DNA of 61,316 nucleotides, the filler included. It is 10 parts of 10 records of this genome, joined end to end, with 100 filler letters (N's around TTAATTAATTAA, not from the genome) between each part and the next. Parts side by side here need not be neighbours in the genome. Positions count along the whole stretch, not along the records: positions 1 to 8,334 come from SRR7504441_6883; positions 8,435 to 13,254 come from SRR7504441_6892; 8 more parts are not named here. One strand, given 5' to 3'. Below are positions 1 to 11,667 of the stretch, piece after piece. Under the pieces are notes generated by a model, which worked only from the letters and a program-made list of their open reading frames with translations, did no database searches and had not been told where the DNA came from. Position numbers and translations under genes: made by a program. Within the stretch, counting starts at the first letter, position 1, and every line of letters begins with the position of its first letter.

Positions 1-2168
1 CGATTGGCGCCAAGCTGGGGGAAATTGTAGATATGGTGCCGCCCTGGCCGTTTCAGCTGACTGATTGGTGCAAAAAAAGGTGCTCAAATTCTTTGCCGAT
101 CCGCACCCGCGTGTGAGATACGCGGCCATCAACTGCATTGGGCAAATCGCGTCCGACTTCTCGCCAGAGCTGCAGAACAACTATCACCAAGTGGGGCTTC
201 CGGCACTTGTGCAGGCAATGGGCGACCCAAGCAGCCCGCAAGTGCAGGGGCACGCGGCCTCTTGTGTGATCAACTTTGCCGAGGGGATGAACAAGGAGGT
301 GTGCCAGCCGGGGCAGGCCTGCGCAAGCAGGGCTCCAGGTGATGTTGAAGTATGCTCAACCAATACTGGACCAGCTGCTGCAATTGGTCCAAATCCAGAA
401 CCACTATGCAGTGGAGCAATCGCTCACGGCGCTTGCTGCCATGGGCGACTGCTTGGGCGAACAATTTACACCGTTTTATGACCGAATCATGCCAGGGCTC
501 AAGACTATGTTCAGCAACATGCCCAGTGAGACCAAAGAGCAGCAGGGGCTCCGCTGTCGTGCAATGGAGTGTATCACAGTGATCGGAGTGGCGGTGGGGA
601 AGGAGAAATTTGCCACAGACGCGGTTCAGCTGATGGCTTGGATACGCCAGTTGCAGACTCAGGTAGTCAAGGACGACGACAGCCAGGCTTCTTATGTGCA
701 GCACGCATATTCGCGGATCTGTAAGGTTCTGGGCAGCGAGTTCCTGCCTTATCTGCAGCACGTGATGCCTGGGCTGCTAGAATGTGCAAGGCAGCAGGAA
801 ATAGAGCTGGAAGACGTGGAGGACCTGGCAGACGAGGACGACGACGGGGAAGGGATGATGAATATCCGCACGTCAGTGCTGGAGGAGAAGTGTACTGCGT
901 GTGGGATGATCTGCTGCTACCTCGAGGTGCTCGGGGAGGGATTCAGCCCCTACGTGGAGGAGTGTACCGACTTACTCGTCGGATACATGGAGCACTATGC
1001 TGACGAAATTCGGGCGGCCGCAATCACAGCCATGCCGCTGCTGCTCAGCTCGGGGATCAAAGCACTCGGCACGCAGGGGATGGACCCGACGGACTTTCGG
1101 AACAAATTTCTGGACAAGGTGCTCGAAGCGATGCTCGAAGCAATCTCGGAGGAGGAGGACCTGGAGATACTGCAGGAGCAGCTGCAGGCGCTCGGAGAAT
1201 TGCTCCAGACAGGCGGGCAAGACTGCCTTGGCCCGGAGCCTCAGCAGAAAGTAGTCACGGCGCTCGAAAAGGTGCTGAATCAGTCGATTGAGCAGCGGAA
1301 GGCGCAGGCAGAGAGCAATCAGCTGGATGCAGAGGACTTGGACGAGGAGGAGTATGAGGCGCAGGTGGCGGAGCAGCAGAAGGAGCTGGACACGCTGATG
1401 ATGTACATGCAAGCCATGGGCGAGTTGATTAAAGTTCAAAGGCAGAAGGTGCTGCCTTTGCTTGAAGGCACGCTTCAGATCTTTTTAGAGATGCTTAAAC
1501 CAGAGTATTCAGCCAACGACCGCAGACTGGCGGTGTTGGTCCTCGACGATGTGATCGAGTATGGCGGGGAGATGATGTGGCCGCTCTTGCCCCAGTTACT
1601 GCCATATTTCACCCAGTACATGCAAGATGAGGACCCTGGGCTCAGGCAGGCAGCTGTGTATGGAATCGGACAGATGGCCGAGCACGGTGGAGCTATCATG
1701 GCTCAGCACACAGCTAACTGCCTTCAAGTAATTGTTGGCGTGATTGATGCCCCGGGTTCCCGTGGCGAAGGCATCGTATTTGCCACTGACAACTTTATAT
1801 CGGCGTTTGGCAAATTTGTCGAGTTCCAGGCTGCCTCAGTGGGCGACGCATCTGCAGCGTTGCAGCGGTGGCTCAGATGGCTACCGGTGACTGGTGACCT
1901 CGAGGAGGGGAAGGCGATCTACAATCGGCTGTGTAGCTTTTGTGAGCGAGATCTGGCCGCGGTGCTTGGGCCGCAGAGCGAGCATCTAGGTCACGTGTTG
2001 ATGGTATTTGCAGAGGCGTTAGAGACGGACGCGATGGACGAGGCTCTGCAGGCGAGGGTGACTGAGCTGCTCAAGGCGCTCAACAGCAGGATGCCAGACT
2101 TGATGAAGGGGGCGGCTGGCGGGCTGCAGCCACAACACGCCATCAAGCTGCAAAAGCTCGCACTATAA
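1..2168 (+). CDS. IPO5: Importin-5 / karyopherin beta-3 (5'-partial; two short introns near 36-79 and 299-338)
   Basis: HEAT-repeat motifs typical of IPO5/Pse1: DPHPRVRYAAINCIGQ, HAASCVINF, RCRAMECITVIGVAVGKEKF, IRTSVLEEKCTAC, LRQAAVYGIG, ATDNFISAFGK. GT-AG introns join the ORF frames. Confidence 0.92.
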
Positions 2169-2381
2169 CAAACTACCAGCCGATCTTTATAGCAAGAGAG
2201 AGCTAAGTAAGAGCTAAGTACAAGTAGACCTTTAAAGAAATTACAAGTAGAAGATTCAACGCTAGTAGCTTTAACGCATCTGCAGTTAGCTTATACGTAC
2301 ATGTACTCGCGTACACTTCGATACTGTAAAAGACATTCACATGATGCATGCAACTATCACGAGCAGCCAGTTTAATATCAA

Positions 2382-5213
2382 TTAAAATATGCTTGCTCTC
2401 GCCAACGACCGGCATGAGTCCATCGAATAGTAGGATAGCGCCTCCGATGAATCAGACGAGCGTGGACCTGCCGCTTCGAGCACTTGAGCCCTAAGGTCCT
2501 CCCGCAACAACTCTGGACAGACCTAGAGAAGAGTTCAGCCTGCTCAGATCAACAGGGCACTGCACCTCATCAAACGATGGGCGGGCGACGGGATGCTGAG
2601 CCCACATCTTGGCGATCAAATCTCCAAGTAGAGGCGGGAGAGGTTCCAATGCTGGCCGGTTGCCTTGCAGCACAAATGCAGCCACTGCGGAGCCCGGAAT
2701 CTCAATATAAGGAGGATCGCCCGTCTACACAAAGTGCAGCAGCTGCGGCACACACCAGTCACACGCTGTCACAAGCAGGCGCTGACCATCGCATATGAGT
2801 ACACATCAAATGAGGATGCTTCATGGAATGAGGCGGGAGAGAGAGCCCTAGATCCAGCGTTCGACTGGCAAGAAAATGCCGACATGCGGCCCGCCTTGTC
2901 CAGCGCCTGCCGCCGAGTCACCCTGGTGGACAGCAAGGCGCACCTCCGGGGGCATGTACGCTGTGGTGCCAGACTTGCCCTCGCGAGGGCTCAGGGCTCG
3001 CAGAGGCTGGAGCTCCTCATAGAGCATAGCCAGCCCGAGATCGCAGACCTGGCCTATACTCAGTACGCACACGGCGGGAGCCAAGGACTTTGATGTTGTC
3101 GTCGTAATCCAGGCAGATATTGGCAGGCTTAAGGTCCCTGTGCATCGTCCTTTTCTCGTGACAGAAGAGCATTGCGTCGGCAATCTGTGCGTCGCTGTCA
3201 GATCAGCAGACAGGCAAGCTGCCTGTAATGCATAATCAAGAAATTTGGCTGCTCTGTCCTTGTTCATGCAGAAGCCACCCTTCTCTAGCACTCTGGTTTC
3301 TATCGTGCCTGCACCACAGTGAAATCGGTGCGTGGGCTGTGCTGCACCTCCGTGGCAGTACTCAGTTACAATAAAACACTGCGACTGATGAGAGACAGTC
3401 ACCCCATAGAAGCTGGCCCAGCCGAGCTCGCCCGATGCCCATCGCAGGGCAGACACCGGACTATCCTTGGATGGTTGAGCTTGTGCAGTATAGCCGCCTC
3501 CCTTTCAAACTCCCTAAGGTCCCCGCCTGCACGCTCAACTTGAGATGCTCTCGCCTAGAGTGGCACCAATCATCTCTGCATAGCACTCCTTGAGAACCAC
3601 GTCCTCGTTCCCGAATTCGCCATGATACACCTATGGGCAAACCGTCTAGGCTCGATCCAAACCCGGATGAAACCTGGCCGGAGCTGCCAGCAGCGAATCG
3701 ATGGCCCATTTTGATGTTGTCCCAACTGCACTGCTGTGAGGCCAGGACAGAGCCCGCAGCCACCTTATCAAAAGATCCTCGTTCCCAATCGCGTAGAGTA
3801 GATTCACCTGACGCGAGGGTAAGCAATCTACCGGGAGCAGTGCGCGCCTCCTCCAAACGGCCTGATGGCATCGAGTTGCCGCGTGGCCAGGTCATCGCTG
3901 CATTGTTGCTGGCATTGTATTTGTTCCACTGGCACCAAGCGTACACACCTACTCCGGCTCAGACCAGGCAGCGCCAGCGGTCACCGCCAGCCAGGCCAAT
4001 CAGAAAGACCAGGCCTGAGAGCCCGATAATCACATAAAGCATCCAGTTGTGGCGTGTCAGCCAATTGCGTGTGATGTTGTCCTGTGGTGTCAGCGGCACA
4101 CTCCACATTTTGACCTGTCCACTGCGCTCGGGCTGCATGCTCGCCCTGCGGCCACCTCGACAGAGCCGTTCCCGGCAGCAGGCTGGCTGCTAGACAGGAG
4201 CAGCATGTTGCCCTTCCACACTACAGACGACAGCGCCGAAGCTTTGTATTTGCCCAGCTGTTGCCACAGCTGCCCACCCAGCGCAGACCGCCACAGTCCC
4301 ACCGCATCGGCATCCTCGCCCCCCGCTGCAAGAAGCCACACCGCCCGCTGGTCCGCACACAAGCCGAACAGGTTTCGTGCCTCTGCGGGCAGCTGTGCAA
4401 GGTTCATCCAGCCTGCGCTCTGCGCCGTCATGGTCCACAGCCCCTGCGTGTTAGCCATCCACACCTGCCCAACCAAGATCAGCGCCCGGCTAGGCTTAGG
4501 GCTAACTCTAACCCTAGCCCTAGCCCGGCAGCATTCCCGGCTGTGCCTGCCCATTGCGTGAAGACATCACTGCGCCCTCGAGCTCGCTGCGGTCGGCCAG
4601 TGCCCTCAAACTCCACTGGCTGCCGTCAGCACTCGTCCACAGCCGGCTCTCCGCTGCCACCGGCGCTCACACCGCTAGCGCGCCCGACCGGGCACCGTAC
4701 AACCAGATCTGATCTCCCACGCATGCCATGCCGAACCCTGCGCCTCCGGCTCAGCCAACACCAAAGCCCGGCGGCCACCAGCTCCTGTGCCCCATCCGAG
4801 CCCGCCCACCTGGCGCGGCGGCTCGCGGACCGCCCGACCGGGCAGCACCTGGCGCCATTTGGCCTCGAGTCCGTCCAAACGCCACACCGCCATCCACTCC
4901 GCCTCTTGTTGCGGGGCTGCAAGCCAGACCCCCCCCTGCGAACCCAGCTCCGAGACCCGGGCAGGCCCGGCCGCACCAGGCACGCCACCGACGAGAACCA
5001 CGGCCCGGCGCCCTCGGGAGCCGACTGGGGGTCCCAGTGGTGGCCATCGGACGAGGACCACACCCGCAGCGCCCCGGGGGTGTCCCGCTGGAGCAGCAGC
5101 AGCCGGCCGAAACCGGAGAGCACCACCGGCCCACCGGGCTGCGCCCCGACTGGAGCCGGTCGGGCGGCGGCGAGCAGAGCCAACCAGGCCCAGCCTGATG
5201 CCGCCCAGCCCAT
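2382..5213 (-). CDS. Single-pass receptor-like TKL protein kinase (signal peptide, propeller-like ectodomain, TM helix, kinase; many introns)
   Basis: Signal peptide MGWAASGWAWLALLAAA; TM MLYVIIGLSGLVFLIGLAG; kinase motifs AAGSSGQV, FEREAAILHKLNHPRI, IVTEYCHGG, HRDLKPAN, CDLGLA, GTTAYMPPE, RPSFDE spread over spliced exons. Confidence 0.8.
4484..4529. repeat. Head-to-head telomere-like repeat insertion flanked by GCCCGGC direct repeats, inside an intron
   Basis: gcccggc-[taggcttagggctaactctaaccctagcccta]-gcccggc read directly from the sequence. Confidence 0.7.
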
Positions 5214-5778
5214 CCTTGGGGGCCACGCTGCCCGAAGCCTTTGTCCGAGCGGAGGGATCACCGAGAGGTATCTGTGGACCAGACGGCGTTCAAGTCTTGT
5301 CTGCAGGGACTTGCCGTGGCGGGCGGTCATCACCTGCGCATGCTTGCCCAAGAAGCTCGATTTACGTGCGGAGCCACTGTATCGAGGAGTTTGGCGCGGG
5401 TTTGATTGACTTTGCGCTTTCGCCCTAAGGCTTGAGTCTTTTGAGACAACATCGAGCATCAATTAATATGATCATTGACGTCATTGATTTCTCCTGGATT
5501 TCTTTTGATCGCTCGATTCGGGGATGATCATCTATGTAAGCATTTGCAACGCAAAGGAGTGTGTGCCAATCGGATTAGTGTCAGTAAGCCTAGTTCGTCT
5601 TGCGTCCGATCGTCTTGCAATTGAGACCCACTGAGCGACCTGATGAGCGACCTTGCGACCTTGAATCGCAAATCCGCTCAGGCGCTGTGATGACAGAAGA
5701 AAATCTTGTTTTTGTTTTTTTTGTTAACCACGTCTGCGAGGCTCCTGGACCGACGATAAGCCAGCTGGGCGGTGAGAC

Positions 5779-8205
5779 ATGACCAGCGGCAAAGCTATCC
5801 GAGAGGTCAACCCTCGGACGCTCGAGAGGCTCCAGCCGGCCAGCCCTTCCTGGGTCTCCAGCTATGCCAAGCGCATGACCCTCGAAAAGCTCCTGGGCAA
5901 CGCACTGGGCTTCGCCCACTTTTGCCGAGTGCCACAGTGGCTGGCTTGCGTTGACCGGTGGCCAGTTCATCGCCGGGCGGGAGCCGGAGGAGGCGGACCT
6001 CCCACCGATCCAGAGCTTGCTCAACTTTTGCTTTGACGCTTCGAGGTGCGTCCGGCATCACAACAGCAACAGCCCGAAGGAGGCCGAGCTGGCCCACGGG
6101 CTGATGCACAAGTATCTTCTGCCCAACACCCCAGAGTACCTCGGCGTCGGCACCAAATCTTTCCCGATGCCTACTTTCGACCCCAAGGTCCCCCTGCCGC
6201 TCGCGGCCAGCACTGAGCTGTCGGTGGCAGGTTAAGAACGGGGCTGTTGTCGCGTTGCTGCGGGCTGCCATGGAGAAGCTCCAGGCGCCATTTGAGCGGT
6301 TTCTGGCCAGCGAGGTCAGTTGTGGTGGGCGTGGCCGGTCTGATCGGTCGGCCAGGAGCTGGCGCAGTTTGTGTCTGAGGAGACCGAGGGCAAGGAAGAC
6401 GCGGCCGTGCCGTCGGAGCAGCTGCCAGCGCCAGCCGTCCCAATGGCCAAGGAGAACGAGGTGGCCTGGGCCGCACTGGGGGGCTGACCGCTGCGGTGCT
6501 AGAGCGTCTACAGCTGGTCGATTATCAAAATCAATGACCGAGGCAAGAGACAGAACCGGACGCTCAGGTGGCTCCACTGCCACACCTCTGGTGAAACCAG
6601 GGCCAGATTATCCGCCACGGGAGCCCAGAGCCTGTGTGGCGACGCGCTCCGTTTCCACTACTGGCCCCGGGATGTCCACGGGCTGCTCCTATCTCAGGAC
6701 AACCCGAAGGCGTTCAAGCTAGCGGTACTGCAGTATTATGACTATGAGTGTGAGACGGAGATGCAACGGTTCATGGTTGCCGACTCTTTCGAGCGAGTCG
6801 GTCTGGGCCAAATCTCGCCCCCGCTGGCCCTGGCCCGACAAGTGCTAGCAGACAAGGTTTGTGCAGGCTGCTCTGGCGAGGTCTCACGGGTATTTGGCAG
6901 CTAAAGGTGGCACCATCGATGGCGGACTTCACAATCCTGCGAGTGCTGGGCAAGGGCGCGCTGGGCAAGGTGATGAAGGTAGTTCACAATGAGTCGGACC
7001 GAATATATGCAATGAAGTCCGTCCAAGTTCCAACGCTGATCAAGCAGAGGCAGGAGGAGAGGGCTCGGGTGGAGGTGGAGATCCTCAAGGGCCTAAACCA
7101 TCCATTCCTGGTCCGATTACACTATTCATTCATCGACCCGTCCAACCACCTGTGCATGTGCATTGACTTCGCCCAAGGTGCTGCTAACTTTGCTGTGTGT
7201 CGCTCAGCCCTGAGGCCAGGCGGAGACCTTTTCTTTGAGCTTAAAAAGCACCGAGATTCCAACGGAAATTACGGCTTGCTGGCAGCCAATGCTGGGTTCT
7301 ACATCGCCGAGGCGGTTCTCGCCATCGAGTACCTTCACAACCACGATATTGTCCACCGTGACCTTAAGCCCGAGGTCTTGTGTGAGGTTGCTGAGGCGGC
7401 TGATTCGGCCGGGCAGAACATCCTTCTCGGGCACGATGGACATCTGTTGCTAACCGACTTCGGATTGTCGAAGGTAACCCGTCCCGAGCTGGTGGTGTGA
7501 CCTGGCCGGGTGCAGATGCAAGTCACCTGCTTCTCTGGAGATGACGAGGAGTTTGGCACGCGCGCAGAGAGCATGGTGGGCACCAAGGAGTATGTCGCGC
7601 CCGAAGTTGTGATGCACAAGCCGTATGGCAAGGCGGTGGACTGGTGGGCAGTCGGCGTGCTCTTCTACGAACTGCTCCACGGACATCCTCCGTTTGAGCC
7701 GGATAGGCCACGCGGAACTGGACTCACTCTGTTCCAAAAGATCCAGAAAGGAGAGTTTGAATTCGAACCAAGGGTGGAGACTCCAGACAATGCCAAGGAG
7801 CTGATCCGCAGCCTACTCCAGCTCCAGCCGGAGCTCCGGCCAGGCCCGATCCAAATTAAGAGCCACCCATTCTTCAAGGAAGATATCCAATTGGACTGGT
7901 TCTTGTTGGTTCAGAAGGAGCTCCCACCTCCAGTCACCCCGCTGCCCGGGCGGGAGGATCGGAATTTTCCGGCTCGCATGGCTGCGGTCCGGCTTAATTC
8001 CTTCTCTGATACCCCGCAAGAGCCTCGACTGAAAGACCAGGACATTCCCGGGTTTAGTTATTCGCGGCAGGAGTCTTTCAATGGGCTGGAGCCTCCTACC
8101 ATCGTCGCATCTCCAACTATGGGAATTTTAGGCGCGCCTTCTTCGTATGCGCCATCACCAGCGTCATCGTTTCAGCCATATGCGCCCTTCAACACTAGCA
8201 TCTGA
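5779..8205 (+). CDS. AGC-family Ser/Thr kinase with N-terminal RGS-like and PH-like domains (several introns)
   Basis: Kinase motifs LGKGALGKV, YAMK, HPFLVRLHYSF, HRDLKPE|NILL, LTDFGLSK, VGTKEYVAPE, VDWWAVG and C-terminal hydrophobic motif PGFSY. The N-terminus LEKLLGNALGFAHFC...LLNFCFDA...HKYLLP is RGS-like; KINDRGKRQNRTL is PH-like. Confidence 0.85.
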
Positions 8206-8334
8206 TGTTTTAATGCTTGCATGCTTGCACATTTATTGTACATTATTTTTAGTATTAATTAAATGTTTACTTGTAGGTGAAGACGGGTTATGTGAGCCCT
8301 CTAGAGGGCCCCGACTTTCTAATGAATGTACTTA

Positions 8335-8434
8335 NNNNNNNNNNNNNNNNNNNNNNNNNNNNNNNNNNNNNNNNNNNNTTAATTAATTAANNNNNNNNNN
8401 NNNNNNNNNNNNNNNNNNNNNNNNNNNNNNNNNN
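8335..8434. other. Artificial contig spacer (N44-TTAATTAATTAA-N44). The same spacer occurs at 13255-13354, 16838-16937, 20674-20773, 26925-27024, 31495-31594, 36684-36783, 40459-40558 and 53942-54041.
   Basis: Nine identical 100-nt N-padded linkers with stop codons in all six frames. Confidence 0.98.
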
Positions 8435-11305
8435 CGGCGGATGCACAGCCCGAGCACGTGGTCGCCCACCTTGTCCAGCCCAGGCATCCCGACGGTCTCG
8501 AGCGGCCGTTGAACATCTGCAGCTGCGCGACTGCGCCCAGCTGATCTCAGCACGCCTTGCCACCGAGAAGGATGGTGACGCTGCCGCGTTCGACGATCGA
8601 CATCAGCGGGATCATCGTCAAGCGGGACCCGTGGGCCGAGCTCACCGTGTTCGAGCTGCTTCGGGCGCACGCCGGCTGCCGGCCGTCCCAGCTGGCTCCG
8701 CGAGACCTCTCACGGCTACTCACGCGGCTCCAGCTTGCTGGCGGAGGGCTCCAGCCCAAGCTGAGTGTCTGGTTTGACCCGGAGGGGAGCGGGCTGGTCG
8801 ACCGGACCCAGCTCTTCGTCGGGCTGGCCGCCTTGTGCAACGACCAGCCGCAGGACCGGCTGCGGGCGATGTTTGAGATCGTCGACGCCGGCGACTCGGG
8901 CCAGATCGACCGGATGGGGGTGCAGCTGCTGCTGGCCAGCCTGGCGCCGCCGGGGGCCGAGCCGGCGGAGGTGACCAAGCTGTCCGGGGTGGTGATGTGT
9001 CAAGTGGATCGGGCCGAGAGCGGGACGGTCAGCTTCGGGCAGCTGATCCAGTGGGCCGGCTGCCACGAGTTGCTCGGCTGGGTGGACGGGCACGCCCAGC
9101 GGGTGGCGGCCGGGCTGAGCCAGCAGGGCGGCTCGAGCAGAGAGCACATGATGGCCCAGCTGGCCGCGCACTTGCCCGAAGAGCCCGGGCCTGCACCTGT
9201 CGAACCAGCGCAGCTGGTCGGGCGGCTGGAGGCGCTGGAGGAGCTGCAGCCGGTGCAGCTTGTGGCCAAACAGGGCCTGCTCGAGCACATCCAGGAGACC
9301 GTGGCCGATTTGGCCGGCAGCTGTGCCCAGGTCGGCCAGCGATCACATCAGACCGCCGACGCTGACCATCAGCGCGAGGCGCGGCTAGTAGCCCGCGAGA
9401 AGGCGCTCACCGAGCAGAGCTCTTCGGCAGCCGACTGGCTGGCGACCGAGCGGAGCCAGCTGCGCGAGGAGCAGGCGGAGCTTGCGGCCGACCAGCGGAA
9501 GCTGTCGGAGCAGATTGCTGCAGTGCAGGCCGAGTCTGAAAGGTCCCGAGAGGAGCTGCAGGCCGAGCGGGCGGCCTGGGAGCTCACCCAGGCGGCTGGA
9601 CGGGCCGAAACAGCGGCCGAGCAGGCCCGGCTGGAGCAGCTGCAGACCGTGCTCTCACAAGGTCGGGACGCACTAGCGGAGGAGAGCGCAGCAGTAGAAC
9701 AGTTGAGTCAGGCGGTCGAGATGGAGAAGAAGGAGCTGGCACAGGACAGGGCCGGACTGGCGGCGGTGGCCGCCAAGGACGCTGACCGGTTGCGGGGCGC
9801 GGCGGAGGCTGCGGCGGCCGAACGGACTGCGGATGCTCAGGTAGCAGCACAACGGACCATGGTTGAGGCTCAGGCGCAAGTAAGAGAGCAGCAGGAGCGG
9901 CTGGTGCAGGCCCAACAGGCGTGGGAGGGCGAGCAGCGGGCGGCCGAGCAGGCGATTGAGCGGGAGAAGCAGCGGCTTGTGGCCAAGCAAGCCGAGGTTG
10001 ACAAGCAGGCGAGCAGTGTGCACTCAGCCGAGATGCTTGCTGAACAACTCAAGGCCGTCACTGCCGAGCGGAGCCGGCTGCAGACCGAGCTGGCCACTAC
10101 CCAGGCTCAGCTCCAGCGAGCCGAGACAGGCCGGCTCGAGCAGCAGTTGGCGCTAGCAGAGCACGAGAAGCAGACGGCGCTCACAGCTGCGGAGACGCAG
10201 ACAGCGTTGCGTGCCAAGGACGAGGTGATAGCGGCGCTTGAGCAGGGCAGGAAAACCGAGCTGACCGGCAGCCAAGCCGAGCTGGATCGGGCTGCCCGTC
10301 GCGTGGCTGAGCTGGAGCGTGCTCATGAGGCAGAGATGGGCGAGGCGTTGCAGGCAGTGGAGGCAGTGAGGGCGGAGGTGAAGGCAGGCGAGCTGGAGCG
10401 GGCTGCGCTTCAGGAGGGGATGATGCAGCTGGAGCACGAACGTCACGGGCTGGAGCGGCGGCTGAGAGAGGCCGAGGCCGAGCTTGATCAGATGCGTGAG
10501 AGCGGGCTGGGGATGGAGGCAGTAAGTAGGGAGCGCGAGAAGGCGCAGGGGCTGCTCAGGCAGGCGGAGCAGGAGGCGGGTTTGGTGAGGGACCGGGCTG
10601 CGCTGCTCGAGAAGATGCAAGCCGAGCTGGCCGCCCAGCAGGCCATGCTGGATGCGACGAGGCAGCAGCCGGAGCCGGAGCCGGAGCAGGAGCAGGAGCC
10701 GATCGCCAGCCGGAGTTGCAGCCCTGCTGGGCCTGGGAGCAGGTCGTGGGGGATGAGCATGTTCAGGATGTACGCCAAGGCCGGCAAGACCAGCACCCGG
10801 GCCGGGCAGGGCGGGGCCGCCCCTCTGTTCGACACAATCGCGGCCAGCAATCGGGAGATGGACCTGTCCGAGCTGTCGAGGTTTGCTCGCGAGATTGGAC
10901 TGATGCCCCAGCTCATCAAAGTGTCGTCACTGCGCTTCTTGTTCCCGAGATTACTCAACCTGGCCGGTCTGCGCAAGGACGCCCGCCAAGGCTGGTCCAA
11001 CGCTCTGAGGTGCGCGCCAGCTGGAGTGCGCCGATCCTGTTCGCAGGTTTGAGCAGTTTGAGGCGTGCGCAGTGTGCTGCCAGATGTTGGTGGCACAGAC
11101 CGACCTGCATCCGGAGCAGCAGACAGACCAGGTGGAGGGCTTCCTGGCCTGGGGCCTCGAGGCTGCCACCGCCCTCCCGCCCTCGCTCGGCGCCGAGCTG
11201 CAGGCGCTCGTGGACGAGAGTGCGGCCCCACGGCCCCGGGTAGCGCTGACTGGTGCGGGCAGCGCTCCAGATGGGCAGGCGGAGCGGGACGCCGGGGACA
11301 CTTGA
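8435..11305 (+). CDS. EF-hand plus long coiled-coil protein (5'-partial)
   Basis: EF-hand-like loops DPEGSGLVD, DAGDSGQID and DRAESGTVS; several hundred aa of E/Q/A/R heptad-like sequence; intron near 11010-11047 joins the last exon. Confidence 0.7.
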
Positions 11306-11667
11306 GAAGAGCGGGAGCACATACACGGAGCTGCTGCGCGACTATGGGAGCGCGGCCAAGGAGCTGCCTCGTTCGAGTTCGCCCCTGCAGTCGCCTCGTG
11401 GGTCACCCGACCGGCCGTGGATCAATTGACCTGATCTCGACATACAATGTCATGCAGTACAAGTTTAGATCAATTAATTTTATAGATCCTACAGTAATTC
11501 TAATAATCCTACACAGCAAATTTAGACTCGCATCTAGCATAGCTACTGTAATGATAGTGTATCTATACCTACTGAATTGTGATGCTACAAATCTAATCGC
11601 GAAGCTACGGTACGTGTACGTACATGATTGCATAAGCGAAGGCAATGTCCTGAGACCCGCCAGCTTA

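Noticed and set aside
4261..5409. Long antisense/alternative-frame ORFs (also 20881-22176, 29647-31092, 49598-50764, 57633-58851 and others)
   Set aside because: They are R/P/A/G-rich shadow ORFs expected in high-GC coding DNA and overlap better-supported genes.
5631..5695. Hairpin starting CTGATGAG as a hammerhead ribozyme or C/D snoRNA
   Set aside because: The stem (TGAGCG...CGCTCA) is followed by GG, not the required GAAA, and there is no properly placed C/D pair with a terminal stem.
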